Assembly (NCBI GenBank): GCA_965216315.1
Contig: CBDCFN010000016.1
Span: 1,120,001 to 1,184,000 of the forward strand
Source of the DNA: a bacterium
GTDB lineage: Bacteria; UBA10199; 2-02-FULL-50-16; JAJFLM01
Length of the DNA stretch: 64,000 nucleotides
Direction: 5' to 3'
Below are positions 55,706 through 64,000 of the stretch, in pieces; position 1 is the stretch's first letter; each line of letters starts with the position of its first letter. A program made the translations under genes and the position numbers. The notes under the pieces were generated by a model. That model was not told where the DNA came from and did no database searches. It worked only from the letters and a program-made list of their open reading frames with translations.

Positions 55706-56651
55706 CGAGCCAAATCGTAAAAAAATCGTTATTAAGGCGACTCATTAATTGTTCTGAGTCGGGTTCTTTTTTATTTTCCGAGTAACTATTAACCTTGACC
55801 AGATACCACTTGGAACCAATGCGGATCGATTGAGGGTAAACTGTGTTTGCCTCACGAATTGCAAAAAGCGACTTTACATGGGCATCAGGAAGACGACGCC
55901 CCAATATTTTATCTCTTTCGAGGAAGCTGAGGCGCGTTTTATCTCGAAGCTTGGCTTCCAGTGTGTCTAGTTCACTTTTGGCTATAGGGCCACGAGACCA
56001 TTTATTGAGCCACTCTGTGAGTTTTGCTTCTATCTCTTCATCGGAAAGGCCTTCTTTTTTCGGGACTTCAATCACTTCAAACTCCCATTCCGATTGGGCG
56101 ACTTTAGTGCTCCACTGATTTTCGTCGGGAGCGCTCAGGATGCCGGTGAGCTGAAAAGAACTATAGAGATCCAGGAGAAGATCCTCGCGCAGCGCGGTTT
56201 CAAAGTCAGTTCCAAAGCGCCGGCGATAGAAAGGGCGAAATTCTTTTCGGTAATAGCGGGTATTGAAGACACCATCTTTGTAAAATTGTTTCTGTTTGCG
56301 GATCATTTGAGCGACTTCGCTATCGGCAATTTGAAAGCCTAAAGAATGGGCAAATGCGGACGTCACTTTTCGTTCGATGAGTTGCTGTAGAATGTTAGAG
56401 CGTAAAAATTTGGCAAAATTATCGGGGAGACCTTCCTTGAATTGGTCACGGACGCGATCGACAGCAGCATCGTATGCGACGTTATACTGTTGGAGCGGAA
56501 TAGCCTGCTCACCGACTATGGCCGCCGTCTGCGCTCCCAGTTGTGGGCCTGCAGCGCTGCCTGCAAAGTAGACGACAAAGACGAGGGCGATGAGACCAAG
56601 GAGGACTTTGATGAACCATCCCTCGGAGTGCTTGCGCATATAGTCTAACAT
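55659..56651 (-). CDS. SurA N-terminal domain / PpiD-like membrane-anchored chaperone (short)
   Basis: MLDYMRK...IKVLLGLIALVFV, L.QLI, F.KDG.F; divergent from mreB; no clear parvulin motif. Confidence 0.75.
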   Translation of the reverse strand: MLDYMRKHSEGWFIKVLLGLIALVFVVYFAGSAAGPQLGAQTAAIVGEQAIPLQQYNVAYDAAVDRVRDQFKEGLPDNFAKFLRSNILQQLIERKVTSAFAHSLGFQIADSEVAQMIRKQKQFYKDGVFNTRYYRKEFRPFYRRRFGTDFETALREDLLLDLYSSFQLTGILSAPDENQWSTKVAQSEWEFEVIEVPKKEGLSDEEIEAKLTEWLNKWSRGPIAKSELDTLEAKLRDKTRLSFLERDKILGRRLPDAHVKSLFAIREANTVYPQSIRIGSKWYLVKVNSYSENKKEPDSEQLMSRLNNDFFTIWLDDFRKQLQIKTNVSL

Positions 56652-56685
56652 AACGGCTTCGTAATTAGCCGAGAAACGAGGCTGA

Positions 56686-57777
<1,092 letters not shown>

Positions 57778-57783
57778 TTTGAC

Positions 57784-58629
57784 GTGGTGCAACAGCGTTC
57801 CAGACTTCAAATCACTCTTTTTTCAGCAGCGGCCCTCTTATTTCTACTGACATTGCTTTCTTTGACTGTGCACCCGCCCGAGGATCGCACTGCCAGCTGG
57901 TATGAGACAATTTTTTTCGGTGCGCTGTCTCCTTTGCAAAAGGGCGCTACTTTTATCGGCCGGTCAGCCAAAGACCTAGTGGCTGATTATGTTAATTTAG
58001 TGCATGTCGCTGCAGATAATCGACAATTGAAACAACAGGTTAGTAGCTTGGAATCACAACTCTTACTGTATCGAAGTGTTGTGGATGAGAATAGAAGGTT
58101 GCGTTCGCTTCTTAAATATCAACAAGAGAAGCCCTGGACAACGCTAGCGGCCCGCATCGTCGCGTACAGCCCGCAGGCGGAGTTCAGGTTAGTGACGATA
58201 AATAAGGGTTCCAGGGACGGCCTTAAGAAGCGTATGCCCGTTATCTCGGAAAAGGGCCTGATCGGGCAGATTTACCGACTCGGGTATAGCAGTGCGCAAG
58301 TATTGTTAATCACCGATCCAACGAGTGCGGTTGACGCGCGCCTTCTTGATACCGGCGCTCGTGGCCTCATTCGAGGCAGGATACTCACAACCGAATTAAA
58401 CCGTAATTTTTTTATTACGGGCCTTGAGTATATTGATCGTGAAGCTCTCGTTAAGATAGGGAGCTTGGTGGTGACTTCCGGTCTTGATAAAGTTTTTCCT
58501 GCAGGCATTCCGATTGGTCTCGTCAAGAAAGTTAATGAAGATTCGTTAGGATTTTTTAAACATGCCGAAGTGCTTCCTTTGAGTAATTTTTTGTCATTGA
58601 GAGATGTATTAGTGGTTACGGAGTGGTAA
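57784..58629 (+). CDS. mreC: Rod shape-determining protein MreC
   Basis: TM plus coiled coil (ENRRLRSLL), INKGSRDG, VVTSGLDKVFPAGIPIG. Confidence 0.93.
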   Translation: MVQQRSRLQITLFSAAALLFLLTLLSLTVHPPEDRTASWYETIFFGALSPLQKGATFIGRSAKDLVADYVNLVHVAADNRQLKQQVSSLESQLLLYRSVVDENRRLRSLLKYQQEKPWTTLAARIVAYSPQAEFRLVTINKGSRDGLKKRMPVISEKGLIGQIYRLGYSSAQVLLITDPTSAVDARLLDTGARGLIRGRILTTELNRNFFITGLEYIDREALVKIGSLVVTSGLDKVFPAGIPIGLVKKVNEDSLGFFKHAEVLPLSNFLSLRDVLVVTEW

Positions 58630-58644
58630 GGTTTAGCTGCGCTT

Positions 58645-59148
58645 ATGTTGCGAATTATCGCCTATTTAATCGTTGGTTTCTTTGCGCTCCTCCTTGAGAG
58701 CACACTTTTTGCGTCATGGCCGAGTGTGACGCTGCGCTTTGAGTTTGTGTGGATCTTAGTGCTTTTCTTGGCGTTTTCCTCCCCCCTCAATGAATGTGGT
58801 CCAATCGCCATTGGGCTAGGCCTGATGGAAGATATAACGGGAGCCCCATTTCTAGGATTCTTTGCGACGGTCTATTTTTCGTTTGCTGTGCTGTTGCGGG
58901 CGTTCATTGCCCATATGTTTGTCGAAACACTCTGGGCCCGTTTATTATGGGTTGGGATTTTCACTCTGTTGGCCTTGAGCCTGGAATGGGGATTGCTGGC
59001 GGCTATGGGCCGCAGCGAAGGGATTCAGAGCTATCTGTTAACGTATGCTTTATTGCAGAGCCTGGTGAATATGGTTGTGGCGGCGTTTTTCCTGCCCTTA
59101 TTGGATCGTGTTGACGAACTCGTCTATAGTAATCGTTATGTCTCTTAA
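58645..59148 (+). CDS. mreD: Rod shape-determining protein MreD
   Basis: Hydrophobic, GLMED motif, lies between mreC and mrdA. Confidence 0.8.
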   Translation: MLRIIAYLIVGFFALLLESTLFASWPSVTLRFEFVWILVLFLAFSSPLNECGPIAIGLGLMEDITGAPFLGFFATVYFSFAVLLRAFIAHMFVETLWARLLWVGIFTLLALSLEWGLLAAMGRSEGIQSYLLTYALLQSLVNMVVAAFFLPLLDRVDELVYSNRYVS

Positions 59149-61063
59149 GGGTGTACAAGAGAATCTGTCTCAGCTGCAGAACCGTTTTGTCTATGTCATT
59201 ATCGCCGTGTGTATTTTTTTTCTGGGTGTGACCGTACGCCTTTATTATCTGCAGATATTAAAAGGCGATGAATACCGTTCCTTCTCGGAAGAAAATACCT
59301 TAAAAGAAATTCGCATTCCGGCGGTAAGAGGTCTCATAAAAGATCGTTATGGCGATACGATCGCTTCAAGTCGCTCGTCTTTTGATTTGGCTTTGATTCC
59401 ACAGTATGTGCGCAATCTCAACGCAGTGAGTGAGAGTATCCAGGGCTTAGTTGATATTCCTGCGGAACAAATCAAGCAAGTGTGGCCCAAGACGGCACGG
59501 ATGCCACCGTTTTATCCCTTTGTGATCACGCGTGATATTGGTTTTGATGCGATGGCACGTATCGAAGTGTATCGAGCCATAGAGGACTCCCCTACGGAGG
59601 GTTATGATCTGCAAGGCGTTGAAATTCTTCCTTATCCGGTAAGGCGCTATCCCGGTGGTAGTGTAGCGGCCAATATACTGGGTTATGTCCGCGAATCGTC
59701 CCGTAAAGAACTCACACGTTTACAGCAGGCTGTGCCGGGATTTTATCATCTTGGAGACCGGGTGGGCGCTTTCGGCCTCGAACAACGATGGGAGGTATTG
59801 CTGAAAGGCACGGATGGTTACCAGCAAAAATTTGTGAATGCGGTTGGAAAAGAAGTTCAGAGTGAAGGGATTGGGCTTAAGCTGTCTAGACAACCGGCGA
59901 GTCCCGGTTTGAATCTTATAACGACTTTAGATCATAAGTTGCAGCGATTTGCTGAGGGTTTGTTCGGCGATAAACGGGGAGCGTTAGCGGCGGTTAATCC
60001 CAATACCGGTGAAATCTATGCGCTCGTAAGTCTACCCACATTCGATCTATCGCGTTTAGCGGGTCAGATCGATGAGGAAGCTTGGAAAGAGCTTACGCAT
60101 GATCCAGGGAAGGTTTTTCTTAACCGGGCGGTTCAATCAGCATATCCGCCGGGGTCAACGTACAAGATTGTTACGGCGGCGGCGGCTTTAGAGGAGGGTG
60201 TCGTTGAGCTGGATGAAAAAATCCGTTGCCCAGGGTATTTGCGCTTTGGGCGGCGTGCCTTCAAGTGCTGGAAGAGCGGGGGGCACGGCATGGTTGATGT
60301 GCATAAGGCAATTGTCCAGTCATGTGATGTTTTCTTTTATACGATGGGGATACGACTCGGCGTGGATCTCATGGCTAAGTATGCCCATATGTTTGGGTTG
60401 GGTAAAAAGACAGGTATTGAGATAGCGAGCGAATCGCCGGGTTTAATTCCTACGAAGGCCTGGAAAAAACGTGCGCGTGGTGATCAGTGGCACCCTGGTG
60501 AAAACCTCTCGATATCTATCGGGCAAGGATATGATCTCGTGACGCCACTCCAGAATGCTTTGATGGTTTCTGTCGTTGCGAATGGGGGGTATAGGGTTTT
60601 GCCGAAACTGAGTAAGTCATTTGAGGATAGTGATGGGCAGCGATTTCGTCCGCCCGGACGTATCCTGACGGATAATTCGGTATGGGCGGGAATTTCAAAG
60701 GAAACGTTAGAGGTCTTAAGAAGGGCGCTACGGGGTGTTGTGAATGAAGTCGGTGGTACCGCGCGGCGCTTAAGTCAACTGCCTTATGAGATCAGTGGGA
60801 AAACGGGCACGGCTCAAGTCGTGGGGTATGGCTCAGGCTTACATGGTCCGCAATATCGTGATCATGCTCTGTTCGTTTCCTATGCCCCGTATAATGCACC
60901 GGAAATTGCAGTTAGTGTTATTGTAGAACATGGGGGGCATGGCTCTTCAGCTGCGGCGCCTATAGCCGGAAAGGTAATCGAGAAATACATGCAGCTAAAA
61001 GCAGCAAGAAAGCTTAAAGGGAATGAAGAAGTAGCCAAAAAGGGTGTTGTGAATGCGCGATAA
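59138..61063 (+). CDS. mrdA: Penicillin-binding protein 2
   Basis: RG.I.DR, YPPGSTYK (SxxK), SCD, KTGTAQ. Confidence 0.95.
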   Translation: MSLKGVQENLSQLQNRFVYVIIAVCIFFLGVTVRLYYLQILKGDEYRSFSEENTLKEIRIPAVRGLIKDRYGDTIASSRSSFDLALIPQYVRNLNAVSESIQGLVDIPAEQIKQVWPKTARMPPFYPFVITRDIGFDAMARIEVYRAIEDSPTEGYDLQGVEILPYPVRRYPGGSVAANILGYVRESSRKELTRLQQAVPGFYHLGDRVGAFGLEQRWEVLLKGTDGYQQKFVNAVGKEVQSEGIGLKLSRQPASPGLNLITTLDHKLQRFAEGLFGDKRGALAAVNPNTGEIYALVSLPTFDLSRLAGQIDEEAWKELTHDPGKVFLNRAVQSAYPPGSTYKIVTAAAALEEGVVELDEKIRCPGYLRFGRRAFKCWKSGGHGMVDVHKAIVQSCDVFFYTMGIRLGVDLMAKYAHMFGLGKKTGIEIASESPGLIPTKAWKKRARGDQWHPGENLSISIGQGYDLVTPLQNALMVSVVANGGYRVLPKLSKSFEDSDGQRFRPPGRILTDNSVWAGISKETLEVLRRALRGVVNEVGGTARRLSQLPYEISGKTGTAQVVGYGSGLHGPQYRDHALFVSYAPYNAPEIAVSVIVEHGGHGSSAAAPIAGKVIEKYMQLKAARKLKGNEEVAKKGVVNAR

Positions 61064-62159
61064 TAAGAGTCGATGGAGTCAGCTAAATAGTCCGGTGGTA
61101 TGGGTGGTAATAGGACTCTCGACACTAGGGCTTATCAATCTCTACAGCGCAACGTCGATTTTGGGCGAAGCAGGCGTTTCCCCTATATTTTATTCGCAAT
61201 TACTTTGGATGTTGATTGCCTGGGTTGTGAGTCTGACGGTATGGCTTGTTGATTATCATCAGCTCGATCGCTTTGCTTATGCGATTTATGGAGTCACTCT
61301 GGTCGGCTTAATTGCAGTTCTTATTTTCGGACAGGAAATATCCGGACACCAGAGTTGGATTAAACTAGGCCCTTTCCATATGCAACCGTCGGAATTTGCC
61401 AAGATCGGGTTTCTGCTGGCGCTTGCTAAGTATTTTGCGAGTACTGATCGGCTGAGCGGTCTTAATCTTAAAGAACTTCAGGTGCCTTTTCTGATTGTTG
61501 GTTTGCCTTTAGCGTTAATTATTATTGAAGGGGACCTCGGAACGGCTCTCTTTTTTATCCTGACCTTCGCTTCTCTTGTCTTGTTTGTTGGCGTCAAACG
61601 TAAGACTTTCGCTTTGTTGACAGGCGCTGCCTTAGTAACTGTACTTATTGCCTATTTCTTTCTTCTAAATCCCTATCAGCGTTCAAGGCTCGAGACTTTT
61701 ATTCAGCCAGACCTAGATCCGCGGGGCCAGGGCTATCAGGTGATTCAATCGAAGATTACGGTAGGTTCCGGTATGTTGACGGGCAAAGGCTATATGAATG
61801 GCATGCAGACGAAACTATTGTACTTACCAGAAAAACATACGGACTTTATCTTTCCGGTTCTCGCTGAAGAATGGGGCTTTTTGGGTTCGATGGTTATTAT
61901 AGCGCTTTATTTTGCATTGATTATGGCGGGGGCCAATATCGCCTCTCGTGCGCGGGATCGGTTCGGCCTTTTTGTGGCCTTGGGTATAACGATGTTATTG
62001 TTTTGGCAGGTCGTAATCAATATCGGAGGAGTTCTAGGTTTGTTGCCGTTGACCGGTGTTACTCTACCGATTCTATCTTATGGCGGTTCTTCTCTCGTAA
62101 CGGTATTCTTGGGGATTGGGATCCTCTTGAACGTCCGAGCCAGTCAGCACTTTTTTTAA
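61053..62159 (+). CDS. rodA: Rod shape-determining SEDS protein RodA
   Basis: QPSEFAK, DLGTA, LPEKHTDFIF, SYGGSS. Confidence 0.95.
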   Translation: MRDNKSRWSQLNSPVVWVVIGLSTLGLINLYSATSILGEAGVSPIFYSQLLWMLIAWVVSLTVWLVDYHQLDRFAYAIYGVTLVGLIAVLIFGQEISGHQSWIKLGPFHMQPSEFAKIGFLLALAKYFASTDRLSGLNLKELQVPFLIVGLPLALIIIEGDLGTALFFILTFASLVLFVGVKRKTFALLTGAALVTVLIAYFFLLNPYQRSRLETFIQPDLDPRGQGYQVIQSKITVGSGMLTGKGYMNGMQTKLLYLPEKHTDFIFPVLAEEWGFLGSMVIIALYFALIMAGANIASRARDRFGLFVALGITMLLFWQVVINIGGVLGLLPLTGVTLPILSYGGSSLVTVFLGIGILLNVRASQHFF

Positions 62160-62482
62160 GCCTGGCTGATAAGCCTTTCCAGTTCAGACTTAGGGACGGC
62201 GCCAACGACTTGGTCGAGCATCTTACCATCTTTAAAGAGCATGATCGTCGGAATCGAACGAACGCCAAATTGGGCGGGCGTTTGTGGATTGTCGTCAATG
62301 TTCATCTTGAAGACGTTGACCTTGTCGCCCTGTTCGGCGGCAAGTTCCTCAATGATAGGAGTCACGGCTCGGCAGGGGCCACACCATACAGCCCAAAAGT
62401 CGACGAGAGCCGGTTTGTCGCCGCCGAGGACATCACTTTGAAAATTCGAATCTGTTGCTTCTTTGACGTTTTCTGAGGCCAT
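62156..62482 (-). CDS. trxA: Thioredoxin
   Basis: DFWAVWCGPC, RSIPT. Confidence 0.97.
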   Translation of the reverse strand: MASENVKEATDSNFQSDVLGGDKPALVDFWAVWCGPCRAVTPIIEELAAEQGDKVNVFKMNIDDNPQTPAQFGVRSIPTIMLFKDGKMLDQVVGAVPKSELERLISQA

Positions 62483-62593
62483 GCTTCACTCCTTTTGGCG
62501 ATTAGATGAGTGGAGATATAAAGAGTCTCAGGAAAAATCAACATAAATTCCCTTGCCTTGACGCTGAGCAAACACTTTTCATAGGATAGGCCC

Positions 62594-63388
62594 ATGCCAC
62601 TAACATTATCTTTTATTGCATTGGGAACCTATCTAGGGACGAGTCTCGGCTTTCTGGCCTATATCCTGTTCAGGCCGCGCCGCCTGGCCAGGGTCGCCTT
62701 TTGGTTGGCGATTGCGGGTTTTGTGATCCACACGGTGGGTTTGGCGCTCAGTGTGCCCGGGCGCGAGTACCCGTTCATCTACTCGACGACGGATGCCTAT
62801 GCCTTGATCTCATGGGTGGTGACTTTCTTGTTTATCGTACTGGCGCGACTCTACCACCTCCAAGGGGCAGGGGCCTTTTTTATGATAGCGGCGGCTTCTT
62901 TATTGATACTTTCCTTGTTTGGGGGTGGTTACCGGGAGTTTCAGCTTTCGGCTGAAGTCAATCCGTGGGTCTTGGTTCATTTACTCCTCGCATTTATGGC
63001 GTTTGCCGTCTTTCTGGTCAGCTTTGTCATTGGCATCGCGTTTATTATGGCCGAGTCACGCATCAAGGCCAAAAGATTAGGGGGACTTGTGAGGCGGCTC
63101 CCCCCGTTGGAAGTGCTCGATGGTATTCATTACAAGGCGCTCAGCTTGGGTCTCTTGTTACTTACTGCGTCCATCGTTGCGGGCAGCATACTCAATAAGG
63201 TCGCACTCGGTGTCTTTTTCACCTGGGATTCGAAGCAACTCTGGGTGCTGTTTACTTGGTTGCTATACGCGGTGATGCTGCAGATGCGCATCCGTGTCGG
63301 GTGGCGCGGTAGACGGGGCATTCTCTTGTCTATCTTAGGTTTTGTTATCGTCATACTCGCTTTTTTTGGATTGCAGCATGGTGCCTAA
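62594..63388 (+). CDS. ccsA: Cytochrome c assembly protein CcsA/HemX family
   Basis: Multiple TMs, LPPLEVLD, WDSKQ, GWRGRR; immediately upstream of hemA. Confidence 0.8.
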   Translation: MPLTLSFIALGTYLGTSLGFLAYILFRPRRLARVAFWLAIAGFVIHTVGLALSVPGREYPFIYSTTDAYALISWVVTFLFIVLARLYHLQGAGAFFMIAAASLLILSLFGGGYREFQLSAEVNPWVLVHLLLAFMAFAVFLVSFVIGIAFIMAESRIKAKRLGGLVRRLPPLEVLDGIHYKALSLGLLLLTASIVAGSILNKVALGVFFTWDSKQLWVLFTWLLYAVMLQMRIRVGWRGRRGILLSILGFVIVILAFFGLQHGA

Positions 63389-64000
63389 TTATACTGCCGA
63401 TTCGTTTGCTGTCTTTGGTCTGTCTCATAAGACAGCTCCATTAGAACTGAGGGAGAAGCTTGCCTTCAAGGGCACCGAACTTGATGAATTCTATCGGCAG
63501 TTATTGTCAAATTCAGGGGTGGACGGGGTCCTTATCTTGTCAACGTGCAATCGCTCTGAAGTGTATGTTGTTGGTGCTAATCTGGAAAATCTGCACAAAG
63601 AAATGGAAGACAAATTTGTGGCTAAAATGGGTTCAGCGCCGAAACAGGATGTGTTTTATTGGTATACCGGCGCGAGCGCTATCACTCATCTGATTCGCGT
63701 AACAAGCGGATTGGATTCAATGATATTAGGCGAAACCCAGATCACGAATCAGGTCAAAGAGGCGTATTCCCGTGCCATTAGCCTGGGCATGAATGGCACG
63801 TTGATGAACCAAATTGCCCATCGTGCCTTTCGCGTGGCCAAGAAAGTCAGAACCGACACGGATATTCAACGCCAGCCGGTGTCCGTACCTTATACAGCTG
63901 TCTTGTTGGCGGAGCAGATTTTTGGGGAGTTATCTTCGAAACGCGTCATGTTGGTTGGAGCGGGGGATATGAGTGAGCTTGCCGCGCGACATCTTGTTGA
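63378..64000 (+). CDS. hemA: Glutamyl-tRNA reductase, N-terminal part (3' truncated; absent from the ORF track)
   Basis: Hand translation gives GLSHKTAPLELREKLAF, LSTCNRSEVY, SGLDSMILGETQI, GAGDM. Confidence 0.95.
   Translation, partial: MVPNYTADSFAVFGLSHKTAPLELREKLAFKGTELDEFYRQLLSNSGVDGVLILSTCNRSEVYVVGANLENLHKEMEDKFVAKMGSAPKQDVFYWYTGASAITHLIRVTSGLDSMILGETQITNQVKEAYSRAISLGMNGTLMNQIAHRAFRVAKKVRTDTDIQRQPVSVPYTAVLLAEQIFGELSSKRVMLVGAGDMSELAARHLV

Noticed and set aside
61871..62476. 201-aa plus-strand ORF and the many other short overlapping ORFs in the track
   Set aside because: They overlap well-supported genes (here rodA and trxA) in other frames and carry no motifs
62558..62596. Leaderless ccsA transcript (TTGACG-N18-TAGGAT, ATG 7 nt later)
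   Set aside because: Plausible but weak: 18-nt spacer, and AGGATAGG could equally serve as an SD

Overview
Bacterial chromosome segment. The gene order (phoH-7TM/HD-ybeY-lnt-prfB, lysS-lolC/E-lolD-bamA-skp, ppiD/mreBCD-mrdA-rodA, ccsA-hemA) suggests a deltaproteobacteria-like lineage; this is inferred from synteny only. About 47 kb is compact housekeeping DNA. The main accessory region (about 11.5-25.1 kb) lies between prfB and lysS. It encodes four tandem paralogous 900-980 aa Cys-rich lipoproteins that appear to be built from Ig/PKD-like domains, followed by a signal-less HExxH zinc-protease/TPR protein. The paralogs are mosaic and have hypervariable, Cys-stapled hydrophobic C-terminal tips. 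Three of them carry an internal signal-peptidase-like A-x-A motif inside a Cys-bounded loop. A sigma28/FliA-like motif, CAAC-N15/N17-YCGA(T/C)A(A/C), precedes six accessory genes, including two orphans at 0.5-3.7 kb. I did not see it before any housekeeping gene. Together these suggest a co-regulated surface-adhesin and effector programme. I found no rRNA, tRNA, CRISPR array, transposase, integrase or reverse transcriptase. All calls come from reading motifs by eye; no searches were run.
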